A stretch of 64,000 nt of DNA from the human T2T-CHM13v2.0 reference genome, Homo sapiens. The position numbers were made by a program, and so were the translations under genes. The notes beneath the pieces are model-generated. The model did no database searches. It saw nothing but the letters and a program-made list of their open reading frames with translations, and had not been told where the DNA came from. Each line of letters starts with the position of its first letter. Within the stretch, counting starts at the first letter, position 1. The stretch lies in NCBI GenBank assembly GCA_009914755.4, contig CP068257.2:19520001-19584000 (forward strand), given 5' to 3'. This document shows, one piece after another, positions 12,951 to 27,775 of the stretch.

Positions 12951-15363
12951 CTTGAAATCTATTGTGCTTTATTATCAGATCGCTAAAAATTTTAGCCATG
13001 ATTAGATGTAGATTTTGAAGAAAAAAAGGATAATCCAGTATCTCTGTTTACTTCTATATAATGGTTTACTCTTTGGTTTTAGTTTGAATAGCATAAAAGA
13101 GATATTTATAATATATTTTTCTTAAAATTTTATAAGCTTGAACTTCAGGAAACAGAAAAAAAGAGCACAGTTACCTAAAGTAAGCATAATAAAACAAATA
13201 CATCAATGAAATTTAAAACAGGAAATCAAGAGAGAAAAATCAATGTTTAATAAGATTAGATAAGAGTACTAAGATTGACAAACTTCGTTCCATTCAGGGT
13301 TCCTCAGAAAATAGAAAAAAGAAACAGATGATTGATATCAGGAATGAAAGTGGAGGCATCACTACAGATCTTATGGACATTAAAATCATAAAGGAATATT
13401 GTAAAAATTATCTGCTTACGAATTTTATAACCTACACAGAACACACCAATTCCTTGAATGACACAATCTTCCAGAACTCACAAAAGAAACAGATTATCTG
13501 ACTAGGCCCTTATTAAATAAATTGAATCCGTAAGTAATACAAAATAGAGAGTGCCAATCCCATATAAGTTCATGGGTGAATTATACCAAACATTGAAGGA
13601 AGTAATTACACTAATTCTCCATAATCTCTTTCAAAGTATAGAAGCAGAGGGAATCCATCCTAACTAATTATATATGGTCAGCATTACCCTAATACTAAAT
13701 TACATGAAGATATTATAAGAAAAAAAACTACAGTCCAACATAGCGCATAAACATAGACGCAAAAATCCTCAACAAAATATTAGCAAATAGCATCCAACAA
13801 TATATAAAAATATTTTTACTTTACAACCGAGTGGGACTTACTCCGGGTGTGTAAGTCTGGTTCAACATTTGAAAATCAATGATTACATTTCCTCATATCA
13901 GCAGGCTAAAGAAGGAAAACACAGGATCCTAGATACAGAAAAAAAATCTAATAAAATCCAACACCCATTCATGATAATAATTCTCAGCAAACAAACAATA
14001 GAGGGTAACTTCATCAGCTTGATAAAGAACATCTACCAAAACCTACAGCTAACACCATACTTGGTGTTAAATTAGAGCCTTCCCATTAAGATTCGGGAGT
14101 AAGCTCAGGATACCCCTTCTCATTAGCGCTTTTCATCATTGTACTGGAAGTCCTTGCTATGCAATAAAAAAATAGAAGAAAGGAAAAGACATACAGACTG
14201 GAAAGGAATAAATAAAACTGTCTTTCTTCACAGATGACAGGGGTGTTTATTTAAAAAATCCAAAGAATCAGCAACAGAAACAACAAAAGCTTTCTAGAAT
14301 TAATAAGCAATTATAGCAACGTTGAAGATTATAAGGTTAATGTGTGTCAATTACTTTCTTACATATTAGCAATAACCAAATAAAATTTGAAACTAAAACA
14401 CATTACTATATTAATACTTTCCAAAATGAAATATTAGAGTATAAATCTAAAAAAGTCTAAGAGCCATATGAAGACAACTACAAAACTATGATGAATGATA
14501 TCAAAGAAGAACTAAATAAATTCAGATACATTCTTAGCTTACGTGTAGGAAATCTGAATATTGTCAGGATGCCAGTTTTTTCCGACTTTATCTATAGATT
14601 CAACATAATCTCAATAAAATCTTAGCAAGTTACTCTGTAGCTATCAAGAAATGGATAGCTAAAGTTCATGTGGAGAGGCAAAAGACCCAGAATGACCAAT
14701 TCAATATTGAAGCAGAAGAACAAAGTTGGAAGACTCCATTATTAGACTTTAAGATTTACTATCTATCTGCAGTACAGACAGTGTTGTTTTGAGAAGAGGA
14801 TACACAAATAGATCAATGAAACCGAGTAGAGATTCCAGAAGTAGACCCACATCATTATAGTCAGCTGATCTTTGATAAAGGAGCAAAGGTAATATACTGG
14901 AACAAATACAGTTTTTACAACAAATGATATGGGAGCAACTAGATATCCACTTGCAAAAACTGAATCTAGACAACGACCATAAATCCTTCACAAAAATTAA
15001 TTCAAAATGGATCGATCATAGCCCTACATATAAAATGTAAATCTATAAAACTCATAGAAAGAAGATAACAGGATAAGATCTACATGACCTTGTGCATCAT
15101 AATGACATTTTAGGTACACCAAAGGCACAATCTGTGAAAGAAATATTTGATAATCTGGACTTCATTACAATTGAAAATTATTTCTCTTGAAAGACCCTGT
15201 CAGGAGAATGAGAAGTGAAGCCACAGACTGAGAAAAAAATATTTGCACAAGATACATCTGATAAAGAATTGTTATCCAAAATATACAAATAACTCTTAAA
15301 ATTCAACAATAAGAAAATCAATAACTTGATTAAAAATGGTCAAAACCCTGAGCAGACACCTCA

Positions 15364-15686
<323 letters not shown>

Positions 15687-16305
15687 AAATATACAGACAG
15701 CAAATAAGCATATGAAAAGATATTCAACATTATATGTCATTAGAGAATTATAAATTAAAACAATGAGATACCACAGCACCCTTATTATAGTGGCCAAAAT
15801 CCAAAACACTTGACAACAAAAAGTGCTAGTGAGGGTGTGGAACAAGATGAACATTCATTCATTGGTGGCGTGAATGGAAAATAGTACAGCCACTTTGGAA
15901 AACTGCTTGGGACTTTCTTACAAAACTAAGCATATTCTTAATATATGATCCAGCAGTTTTACTCCTTGGTATTACCCATATTAATTAAAAACTTGTGGCT
16001 GCACAAAAACCTACGTGTGAACATTTATAGTGACTTTATTTAGGATGTCCTGTAGATTAATTAGTAAATGGTAATACATCCAGATAATGGAATATTATTC
16101 AGCACCAAAAAGAAATGAGCAGTCAAATAATGAAAAGTCATGGAGGAAACTTAAGTGCATATTACCAAGTAAAGAAGCCAATCTGAAAAGACTACCTACA
16201 TATGATTCCAAGTATATGAGACTCTAGAAAAGGCGAAACTCTGGAGACAGCAAAATGATCAGTGGTTTCCAGGGTTTGCAAGGGAAAGGATGAACAAGGG
16301 GAACA

Positions 16306-16389
16306 CAGAGGCTATTTAGGGCAGTGGAATTACTCTGTTTGATACTTCAGAGGCTATTTAGGGCAGTGGAATTACTCTGTTTGATACTT
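16306..16389. repeat. Perfect 42-bp tandem duplication (2 copies) inside the L1 3' region
   Basis: cagaggctatttagggcagtggaattactctgtttgatactt occurs twice back-to-back, at 16306-16347 and 16348-16389. Confidence 0.85.
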
Positions 16390-19300
16390 AAGTGGTGGAA
16401 ACACATGTCATTACATGTTTACCAAAATCCATGGAATATATATTCTGAGTGAACCTTAATGTAAGCCATAGACTTTGCATGTTGTTGATGTATCAATGTA
16501 GGTTCATCAATTGTAACAAATGCATCACTGTGGCATAGGGTGTTCCTAGAGGGGGGAAGGCTGTGCTTGGTGTGGGGACAGGGCTATATGGGAACTCTCT
16601 GCACTTTCTTGTCAGCTTTGCTGTGAACTTGAAACAGCTCTGAAAAATCACATTTATTGATTGCTAAAAAAAAAATGTTACGAGTTGTGAACTTCTGCCT
16701 TTCATTTAAAGGGTTTTGGAAACACTTTTCAGCTTTAAATTTGATATTGTAATAGATTACACAGTCAATTAGACAAGGGTGTGGTAATACATTTATAATG
16801 TGATACTTTCAGCCACTGTTATGATTAATTGCCATGCATTAAACATTGGCTGAGAAATGACACTTGAAAATGATGATGGGATTATTACTATTAAGCAGGT
16901 TCTAAGCTGGGGTATGACAAGGACTTGTAGCATGTTTTCTTAAGGAACTATTCCAAACTACAAATGCCTATGCAGCAATGTTCAGTAAAAGATGAAGCAT
17001 ATACAATTTAGAAAAAAAATTAGTTAGAACTAAACTGTAATGAACACTCATGTTTGCTAGGCACTGATAGTAAGAGGATTTGCATGAATAATGTTATTTA
17101 ATCCTTCCTTTATCTCTATTTGGTAGGGTATATTTTGTCTTGGTCTGATATTGAGAAAACTGTGAGGTACTCAGAGGTAAATAAATTGCTCTAAGTCACA
17201 CAGAAAATGTTGAAGTCAGGTGTCAAATGGTCTCGCCTCTGGAGTGTACCTTGTAGCAATTTTCTCATACTGGTTCCCACTTTGCTGTGTTGTTTTTCTT
17301 AACCACCCTTGACTGCCACAGACTGGAATAGCGAGGGCACTGAGTTTTGAAGAAAATATTTGATGCTACCATTTTTCGAGGTCAGTAGGCATCTGACAAG
17401 ATTGGTGGGCAAAGAAACAAAACAATAAGGAATATTTTGAAAATCTTTTCTATAGCTAAAAGGTAGTAGAGTACAGTTGATTGAATTACAACACAGGATA
17501 AATTTATTGTACTCGAGAATGCTAATGGGGATAGAATCAAAGGTCAATATTCAATCAACAGAATTATTTTTTTTCGCTTGGTAGGTTAAATGGAAGGAAT
17601 TATGCTTATTAGTATAGTGCTATAGCTTGCACATTATTTATATTTCCAAATTGCAAGAACTTCAGTCCCTTATGTTTTAAAAAGCCTAATCACTGTAAGC
17701 AAAATAAATAAATTTTATGTCTTTTATCCTCAAATAACCTTAATAAATCAGCATAACACACATGGGCTGTGGCTTTTCCACATTTTGACTTTTTTCCTCA
17801 TCAAATATAGATCGTATTTTTTTTTCCTTTTTTTTCTGTGTAGTCCCCTATTTAATGGGCATTTGTTTCCAATTGTTTTCTGACAGAGGAATGACAATAT
17901 CATCAGTTTGGTAAATTAAGAGGAAAAAATAACAGATTTTCACATACTGGAACCTCAGGCCAAAAATTTTAAAAAAGTTTTTAGATGCACTAGTACCACC
18001 CTTATTTAAGAATATTATAATATTTGTAAGATTTTACAAACCTTTAAACCATAAAATGAACTTCCTTAGACATGTGTTTCATTTTGACCTAACATGTTTG
18101 AATCATGAGGAGATTTTTTTAAATGTCTTTTTTCCTAAACTTTTTATTCTAGTCATGTGCCATCTGTAAGTCTGAAAAGTTCTGTAAAATGACACTTTAA
18201 AATAACTCTTTCTTAGCATATACTTTACATGTACATTGCATATTGCATAGTTTTAGTCATATATAACTATATAATCACTTGATTGCCATTTATAAAGTTT
18301 GGCATAATTATATGTGAGAAGCAAGTGCATTGGTTTAAAAGTATTTCAGCCTTTAACTGGATAAAGTGTTTTCTCTTACTTACTAAATGACACTATCAAT
18401 TTTATCTAGAGCTGCAGGCGATTCATTAATACTTTAGTCATTGAATATATGACATTTAAAATATCTAACTGAAAATTGGACACATATACTGCATCAAACA
18501 TGCTATTGGCTGAGATTTTTCTTAAAATTTACGGACATCTGTAGTCTCTTCACATATACTTCTCAACTTATTTTCCAAATGTATATTTTATAAAGAAGAA
18601 CTACTAAAGAAATAAATTAGAAAATAAAATATTTTTGTTTATTTCACTTTTCCTGTTTGATCTTTTACTGCTTTAAAAATTTACCCTGTAATATTATTTA
18701 TGAGACTCAATAAGGGTGGACTTGACTAATAGTTATAGTGTGAAATGTATCTTCACTTCTTGCAAGGGACTTTGAGAGTGCAGAGTATTGTAAATAATTA
18801 ATGTAACATTATGCCTGAAGCATAGAGGGTATTCAAATGTTGTAGAAATGAATTAGAAAAATTATTCCTTTTTTTGTGTATTTAGTAACACACAAGAAAA
18901 TTTAACTACTGATGGTAGAAAGATATCCCAGGGAATTATATGTAGTTAGTCGCTAATTCATTGGTGTTCATTGGAAAGAAAGTGGACAATGTTCAATGGA
19001 ATTAAATGTGACAAGTAATGTTATGAAGAGTTATGTATAGTATTATACTTCAGAGCAGTTGCATTTCAGAGTAATACAGACTTGCTTAGAGGCACATTAA
19101 TAGACTTTTTTTTCCGTTTCATTTATAAGGTTGTCAATAGCAATGAACCTTGTATTTAGTTAGAAGTGTACTACAGCAGTGAAGTCTGAAATAATGTATT
19201 TTCTGCACCTTCACTTAGTGAACCTTGAAAGACAGAGTAGTGAATGACCATGAGAGTATTCTTATGGAACATGCTAAACTGAGTTTATTTAGTTGTTTCC

Positions 19301-19640
19301 ATAGATTTCCTTAGGGTAAGGCAAGAACTTATCTCTAAAGGAAATGCCATAAAACCTCTTTTGAGAGAGGCATAGACAGTTGGATGTAAATACACTCATA
19401 TCCTGCTGTATTAAATCCTGAATCATCCTACATCTTTGGAATAACGATTAGCATGCTTAGATAAATAAACATCCCAGATGCGCTGCAAACTGTCATATAT
19501 GTCATTTTTTATCAATGAGACCTTTGATGAAAATTGAGGCTACAGCATAAAGATTCTGTGTGGCATAATTAGCATACCCAGAGGCTTGAAGGGTTGCAAG
19601 ACCTAGGATTGGCATACAGGTGTGAAAATTAGAGGTTTAA

Positions 19641-20022
<382 letters not shown>

Positions 20023-20970
20023 TAAAACACAAGATGCCTAGTTAAATTTAAATTTCCGATATGTGATGAATGCTTTCTTTGAACAGTATAAGTGTCTTTC
20101 ACGCAATATTTGGAACATATTTCTAGGAAAAAATATTAGTTTTTATCTGAAAAACAAATTGAACTGGATATCCTGTATTTTCTCTAGCAAGCCTATAGTG
20201 AGACAGCTTGGGACAGACAAGGATCAGCATCATTTTTGCCACATGACTAGTGCTGTCTAAGGGATAATGAATTTCCCACAGACTATGTTTCTGGAAGGCA
20301 ATAAGTATAAATTTTATTTTTAAATTGAATTATAACAGGAAATATTTGCTGAGTGCCTACTTGATATAAGAAATCCTGTTAGGTGCTTGTCAGGGAACAA
20401 ATAAAATTACTGCCTTTAGGGAGAAAACAAGTTTAGCTAGGAGACAGGAAATTAAAAAAAAATAAATAAATACCAATAATACAATTACAAATAAAGAAAA
20501 TTGTTATGAGAAAAGAGAGCTATCTTTAAATAGAAAGGCCAGGGAAGGGTTAACTGAGAGGATATGTTTTGAGCTGAGGAGTGAAGATAAAGAATGATCT
20601 GAGATAGTCATGTCCAAAGCTAAGAAAAGAGCTTTCTAAGGAGTGGGAATCTATACATAATAATACCGTAAATCAAGAAAGAACTTGACATGGAGCGTAA
20701 TGGATAATTATTTCTAGAACATAGTGAAAAATTATATAGATCCTTGCAAGTCACAGTAATAAAGTTTTTTTTTCTTTAAAAAGAAAAAGGATGGCTTGAA
20801 ACAGAAAAATAACATAATTTGATATGTCTTTTGAGATGAGTCTGGTTAACAGAATAGATGGTAGAAGAGCAAGATCACAAACTGGGAAACAAGTCAAGAT
20901 GTAAATTCAGTAATCCGGGGTCAGTGGGTGGGGAAGGCTGATGATGGTAGACTTGAAAAACTAGGGTGGT

Positions 20971-21282
20971 GGCCGGGTACCGTGGCTCACGCCTGTAATT
21001 CCAGCAGTTTGGGAGGCCGAGCCAGGAAGATCATGAGGACAAGAGATCGAGACCATCCTGGCCAACATGGTGAAACCCTGTCTCTACTAAAAATACAAAA
21101 ATTATCTGGGCATGGTGGCATGCACCTGTCTTCCCAGCTACTCAGGAGGCTGAGGCAGGACAATCACTTGAACCTGGGAGGTGGAGGTTGCAGCAGGCTG
21201 AGATCGCGCCACTGCACTCCAGCCTGGGCTACAGAGCGAGACTCCGTCTCAAAAAAAATAAAAAAAAATAAAATAATAAAAC
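20971..21282 (+). mobile_element. Alu (S-type), plus orientation
   Basis: Reads ggccgggtaccgtggctcacgcctgtaattccagc ... ccactgcactccagcctgggctacagagcgagactccgtctc followed by an A-rich tail. TSD agggtggt sits at 20963-20970 and 21283-21290. Confidence 0.95.
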
Positions 21283-23390
21283 AGGGTGGTAACATTAAAG
21301 ATAGCAAGAAGTGGATTAATTTAAGGTTTGCTTTGGAATTAGTGAGGAGGGCATGTAGAAACCGTTAAGGGTTTAGTTGTTAGGTCTGATAGAAAATGAG
21401 AATGAATCAGGCTGATTCTGTATTTTAGCTGAGAGTACCTAGTGTATTTATTCAGAGAAGGAAGCCATGGAGAGAAGAGATTTGTGAAGTAAAATTCAGT
21501 GTTAGTGATCAGTAGTGACAAACTGATTTGTACTGTGGTAGGTATACACATTACTTCTGGATAGATTCCTAAAATGAATAACCTAACATTTCCATCTGAT
21601 CCCCAAAACAACCAATTTTATGTGTTTAACCTTTTGTTTCCTTCCTTGTCCCCAGAAGACTAATTCTCTGCAGAAAATGTGGTTTAAAACAGAAATGCCT
21701 GCATTAACTTTCACTTTCAGAAACGTCCAGTATTTATTCTAAAAAAGTGCATTAGATGTTCTGTGAGTTACCAAGAATACAGAAAACTAAAAAGAAAGAA
21801 AGGAAAAAGAAAGAAAAGCATTAGGGTAGCTGAGATACCACTGTGACAAACTGGGCTCTTTCAGTTAAGAGATAACACCTGTGAATTATTGGAAGCACTA
21901 GGCTATTTGTATTACTGTGTTACCATCTCTGAATCACTTGACTGGAACTCTTAGATCAAATCAATCATACATTATAAGCCTGTATTGATAACACAATGCC
22001 ATTTCCAATGTATTGGACCAAAAGTATCATCAGAATAATTCAGAAAAAAACATAAATACTGAGAAATGAGAGTGTCATAGCAACCATCTATATATAGTTG
22101 AAATATCCTCCTAATGGTGATGGATAATCATAACTGCATTTCCTTATTAACCATCTATCTTTCATATATATTGCTAATTTGGTGTTCTAACAAATTCTTG
22201 CCTAGTATCAATCTAGTTTTTACAAAATATTAACTCTAGAGTTTTTCTATGAAAATGTAAATGGATACTTGACACATTTATTACAATGTAACATAGATTA
22301 TTGAAACATGAACAAAATAAGAGTCAAAATATTTTGAGGGAGAAATTAATAACATTTTAAGACAGTTTTTAAGTCAGAATATTTTAAAAGTGTTTTTTTT
22401 GAATTTTGTTTTCCATCAGGAATGTTTGAAGTTATTTCCTAAATAAAAATATTATATATTTCATTTTCCATGTTAAATACAATCAGGAAATTAAAGCAAA
22501 GTTTTGTTTAAATCAGCATTTATCTGTACTAGAGAATTGCTGTACTAGTTGCTTATGGCTCAGGATTATAGAACTGTTTGTTGATGGAATAGTTAAAAAA
22601 AAAAGGCAAAAAGAAAACAACAAAGACTGGAAGTTGAAATCTCCTAACAGACATACCTATTATAACCAAAAATTACACCTAAATATAAATGTCTAGCCTG
22701 TATTCAATATCAATGCCTATTTACTTAGAACATTTATAGTTACTTTATTGGATCAACTATACTTAATTTATTCTGTAAAGGCAATTTCAGCCACATTTTA
22801 AAAAGTAAGAAAGAGAATATATTGTAGGAGCAATTGTGAAAGTTATCTCCCAGTGAACTTTTTTTATTCAAGAAATCTTTAGATACAGCAGAAACTTAAA
22901 TGAAAATCGTGTGTAGATCCTATGTTTACTAATTCAGTGCTAGCAAATTATGTCCTACAAATAAATCAGTGTTAAACCCTGTTTGTTATTTTCTTTTGTA
23001 TTTACTATAACTACTTTCTAAATATGTATTTGCTTAAAGATTTCACCCATCATATATCTCTGACTCAAAATCCATATTTATTCATTATCTTTAAAAGTGC
23101 ATTTGCAGATTGTCTAGAAACATACTATTACATGCTTCATTGGGTTTTTATAAACAGTTTTAGAAATATTTATTAATTAGCATTACCAAATGCACCTGAA
23201 ATGCTCACCATTTCCCATGAACGACAACCAATTATAAGTGAATTATAGTGTTTTTATTGCATAGTCATCTATGAATAGCACATGTCACATATATATATTT
23301 AAAGTCAGTAAAGTGAAAGGAAGCCATGTATGACATTAATTTTTAATGAAATCCTTATTTTATAAAAAGTAATGCCATGTTAACATGTGT

Positions 23391-23538
23391 TCCTTTCCCT
23401 TTCCATTTCTCACCTACTCTCTTTCTCTCCCCTCTCCTTCTCTTTTTTCCCTCCCTCTCTCCCTCCTTTCCCTTCCCCTCTCTTCTCATCCCCTGCCCTC
23501 CCCACTCTCCTCTCTTTCTTCCTTCCTTTCTTCCTTCC
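23391..23538. repeat. 148-bp polypyrimidine (plus strand) / polypurine (minus strand) low-complexity tract, more than 90% C/T
   Basis: Reads tcctttccctttccatttctcacctactctctttctctcccctctccttctcttttttccctccctctctccctcctttcccttcccctctcttctcatcccctgccctccccactctcctctctttcttccttcctttcttccttcc. ORFs 23355-23574 on both strands are artefacts of this tract. Confidence 0.9.
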
Positions 23539-24221
23539 AACAATGAACTGGACACTTTCCTCTCAATGAAATGAATTGCACTTTATCTTCCTTGTTGTAT
23601 TGACCATAACTGCTTTTGCCATGGGACAATGTTAATTATAGGTAAGTTTATAAAATAAAAATAGAATATTTTGTTTGATAATGTCTGTCACATATTTTAT
23701 AAAAACAGTTTATATATTTTTATATTTGATTTTAGATGGAATAGGAATTAAGGTCTGTTTTAATGTCATTGCATTGAAATTAATAATTTAAGTTGAAAGT
23801 AATTTTGTCTGATTAACTTAAACACAAGGGTATTGACAATTAGTTACAAAATAAAAACAATTTATTGCTGTTTTCTTCTTACAATGAAAAACATTTCACA
23901 TTTTTTAAATCAAAGCAACTAATCTGGATGAATTAATTTATCTATATTTTTATTCCTTATAGAACAGTGATAAGGCTGAATTTCGTTGGTACTCTTGATT
24001 TTTCTTCTGCTAAAGTAAGAAGCAGAGAGAGAATTTGAGACAGAGCAATGGCTAGTTCAGCTAGTGGTAAATATAGTCACTACTGCCTTCTTTTAATTTT
24101 AATCCAAACATTCAGATTTTTAAGTTAATTTCTGATTGCTTCATATTTTCCTCTACAATTTTTAATTTTTATATAAATGGTTCACTCAGCAAAGCAAAAC
24201 CTTAATTTTCTGATTATTTTT

Positions 24222-24283
24222 CCAGAGAAGCAGATATTTTCTATGAAAGGAATTTAATACAAGAATATACTATACATTATGTT
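24222..24283. repeat. Copy 1 of a dispersed ~60-bp direct repeat; copy 2 is at 26316-26376
   Basis: ccagagaagcagatattttctatgaaaggaatttaatacaagaatatactatacatta here, versus ccagagaagcagacattttctatgaaagggatttaatacaagaaaatactatacatta in copy 2. That is about 4 mismatches in 58 nt. Confidence 0.7.
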
Positions 24284-24833
24284 TATGCTATGAGCCAGAC
24301 ACTGAGGTGGAAAGAGATGAATTAGACATGCTTACTAACTTCATAGTCCAAGATCTCCATATCTGTATTTTTAATGTATGTTAGAATTAATAATATACCT
24401 TTACCTATATTAAATTATATAAGCTTTTATTCTAGTCTATATTACTTTACAGAAGTAGAAATCACTTAAAAGTATCATAATTACATTTTTAAAATAATAT
24501 ATTTTTAATATTTATTTTCTAAAAAATGATTACTATCACTACCTATGAAATGGTTCTCTTATGCTTGAGCTTCAGGCTTGAAGAGACTATACATTTTGGC
24601 AGTTCATCAGTATCAGATATTTGCATAGTACACGGTGAAATTTTCTCACAAAGGTGGTGTCTACCTTACAAGTCCATGAATTACTGAGGGTAGATTCAGA
24701 GATGAAAGCTCATAATATTCAAATGTTGTTCAGGCCAGAGGGGCTAACACATAAATTCTAATAATTATCAGAGCTTTCAGAGCTGCCTCTGAACTTTTAT
24801 GCAAGAGTTTCACGAAATTAAGGTTTGACATGA

Positions 24834-24940
24834 ATTCTAATGAATTTAAGGTTAGGAGACTTTATATCTTAATGAATTTAAGATTTAAGATTCATTCTAA
24901 TGAATGAATGAATTTAAGCTTATGAACCTTTATATCTTAA
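24834..24940. repeat. Two-copy degenerate tandem repeat, unit about 45-55 bp
   Basis: attctaatgaatttaaggttaggagactttatatcttaa is followed by attcattctaatgaatgaatgaatttaagcttatgaacctttatatcttaa. Confidence 0.6.
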
Positions 24941-25559
24941 ACAAAGTAATAATTACCAGCTTTATCCTGATTTTTTTTTCAACAGCTACTTGGTAATGTC
25001 TACTAACTATATTTGCTGATTGTATTATTAAATTAATATTTTCTGATAGTCTACTTATTTCTTATGCTGTATATTTGAAAGCAGTACAAAGTCGAGTATA
25101 CCCGAAACAAATTGAATGTTTTGCCTAGATTTCTTTTTTTCCTCCCCTCATATACTGTTTTGCCTTAAGAAATTGTTTTCTTGGCATGAAATCACTAATC
25201 AGAAATTCCAGTCAATTCTAAAGTGACATTCTCCCCACATGCTATTGGTGTTAACTATAATTAATCCCAACAGCTGTTGTCTTCTTTTATGTGTGACATT
25301 TGTCAAGAAGTCATCCTCGTAGTGTCAGCTAATTATTTTGTATCCGGACTGTTTTATTCAAACTAGAAAATATATTTACTTCCTTATAGAAGTAAACATC
25401 TCTGGTTAATATATGTGTCATTTTCAAGGGTAATAGACAGTTGTTTTCAGGTCAGTTTTTGCAAGTGCAGATGTAGGACGTCATGGATTGACTCCGGTGT
25501 AAACTGCAGTGTCAGACATATCCCCAGGATGTAGCACAGTGTATCCACAGAGGGCGTAC

Positions 25560-25950
25560 TCATCTGTTGTTTCAGTTTTCTATTGATGTGTAACAAAACA
25601 AAACTAAACTTGGTAGCTTAACAGAAAAACAATTCATTATTTCTCATAATTCTGTTGGTTGATTGAAAATTCTCTTTCATTGTCAACTGAACGCTGGACT
25701 GCCAGACAGTCCCAAATGGCCTCCCTGAAATGCCTGACTGTTGGTGCCACTTGCCATCTGGGAGATCAGCTGGAGCTTTTGAGCAGGACTTCATTTGTCC
25801 TTCCTCTTGGCTTCTCCTCATCACTACTTGGCCTTCCTCACAGACTGATGGCTACCATCCAACAAAGGACGTTCCAATGGGTGCTGAAAAGCTGTGTAAC
25901 TCTTAAGACCCAGACCTCAAAGTTACACAGTGTTACATTTTTCCAATAAA
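25560..25950 (+). mobile_element. Probable ancient mammalian interspersed repeat, family not named
   Basis: The run gtgtaacaaaacaaaactaaacttggtagcttaacagaaaaacaattcattatttctcataattctgttgg...ccacttgccatctgggagatcagc...ggccttcctcacagactgatggctaccatccaacaaagg matches a repeat consensus I recall beginning tgtgtaacaaattaccccaaaacttagtggcttaaaacaacaaacatttattatctcacagtt. It is from memory and unverified. ORF 25659-25949 lies inside it. Confidence 0.35.
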
Positions 25951-26315
25951 ACAATTAAATAAAAAAATTAATTTTATGGATACATAATAGTTGTGCCTTT
26001 TATGCGATACATGTGATAAATTCTATTTAGATATTTTACCCATTTTTAATCAGATCTATTTGCTATTGAGTTGTTTGAGTTCCTTATATATTTTGATTAT
26101 GAATCTTTTGTCAGGTGAAGAGTTTGCAAATATTTTCTCCCATTTTATAGATTGTTTCCTCACTTTGTTAATTGTCACTCTTACAAGATTCAATTTGTTG
26201 AGTTTGTGAGATGAGATTATAGTCAAATAGGTAAATCTACCTCCTGTTAACTACTCAATAATATAATTTATTTATTCAAAAAATGTTAATTGCTGTGTTG
26301 AAGATATAGATGTTT

Positions 26316-26376
26316 CCAGAGAAGCAGACATTTTCTATGAAAGGGATTTAATACAAGAAAATACTATACATTAAAG
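26316..26376. repeat. Copy 2 of the dispersed ~60-bp direct repeat; copy 1 is at 24222-24283
   Basis: See copy 1. Same orientation, 2.1 kb apart. Confidence 0.7.
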
Positions 26377-27630
26377 ATTAGTTTTTTATCTATTCAAACA
26401 TTCACTAATTAGTTTTTGCCTTGTTTCACAAGAGGTTAATGTATTTATTGTGGTTTATGATAAAGCACTCTAAAACAATACCATAAAATGAAGCAAGCCA
26501 TCATTCTAGAAAGAAGGAAGAGTTATGTAGAGAAATGAAAACACTGTATTAGTGTCTCAAGCCTCAAACTGTACCAATGCTGTGAGAAATTCAGGAACAA
26601 AAAGTAATTTAGTATGAAGTTATCAACATGATATTTCTCAGAATTGTGTGGTATGTAGCACATGTATTTTAAAGAATGTTATGATATTCTGTGATCATGC
26701 CAAGTACATGAGTGGGTCATTTTCTTTTCTCATGAGTACTTTACCTTCAATGTTGCTGAAAACAAGCTATATTCTGAAACCTAACCTACTGATCAAACTA
26801 TACATTTGCACATTAGAAAAGGGCTTGCTTCGATTACATTTTTAAAAATGTAAGCACAGTTTTGTATGCCTTTGCCTAGATATTTTTCCATTGTCTTGAG
26901 ATTTGCTGAAATAAGGGAATATGGCAGTAGGAAGAAAAGGACTTTTGATTTGAGTTCTAATTTTTTATCATCTTTAATATATACAGCTACTGTATATATT
27001 TAATAGTTTCCTCTGTAAATAGGTAGTTAAATCTGTCTCTTTACCGACTTACCATTTTGTAGTCCATAAATAATCTCAGCATTTTATACAACTGAAAACC
27101 TATTTGGTATGAGAATGAAATAAGTAATGTTAAAGCAGAATTACATAGTTTACAATAACTAATTTGTTATCATGCTTACCCAATTACCAAAACCTTGTTG
27201 CATGCTTGTCGTGTGCGTTGTCAAAAATTAAAATAAAGTCTTATTTCTCTTAAAATATGAATTTTGTGAATGTGCCTATGACTGATGGCCACACATCCTT
27301 CGTAGGACAGCTGCTCATCAATTAGACCCTTTCCTATCTTAGGGCCTTTACACTTTCTGAAACTTCTACTGAAAAGCCTTTCTGCAGACACTTTCAGAAC
27401 TCAGCTTCTTCATTCCTTACTCAGTTCTTTTCTGAAATGTTTTCTTCTTTGTGACCGTTCCTTTAGTCCTTCAATGTTTCTTATCCTCTTCCTTCATTTT
27501 TTTTCCTGCACAATATTTATCACCATCAGACAGATCTTGTATTAATTTATCAGTCTGCTGCCTGTCTCCCTGTCCCATAGGATGTAATCTCTGTTACCAC
27601 AGGAAATAATTTTTGTTTAATATTGTTCAC

Positions 27631-27775
27631 AGCCAGCCTTGGTGGCTTATGCCTATAATCCCAGCAATTTGGGAAGCTGAGGTGGGAGGATTGCTTGATC
27701 CCAGGAGTTTGAGACCAGCCTGGGCAACATGGTGAGACCACCATCTCTAAAAAAAAAAAAAAAACAAATAAAAAT
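27631..27775 (+). mobile_element. Free left Alu monomer (FLAM-like) or 3'-truncated Alu
   Basis: Reads agccagccttggtggcttatgcctataatcccagcaatttgggaagctgaggtgggaggattgcttgatcccaggagtttgagaccagcctgggcaacatggtgagaccaccatctc followed by an A-rich tail. There is no right monomer. TSD-like aatattgttca and aatattgctca flank it. Confidence 0.75.

Noticed and set aside
23355-23574. Three overlapping ORFs on both strands
   Set aside because: They are artefacts of the 148-bp polypyrimidine/polypurine low-complexity tract (S/L/P/F-rich on one strand, G/E/K/R-rich on the other).
25659-25949. 96-aa plus-strand ORF
   Set aside because: It lies entirely within a probable ancient interspersed repeat and has no start context or conservation argument.
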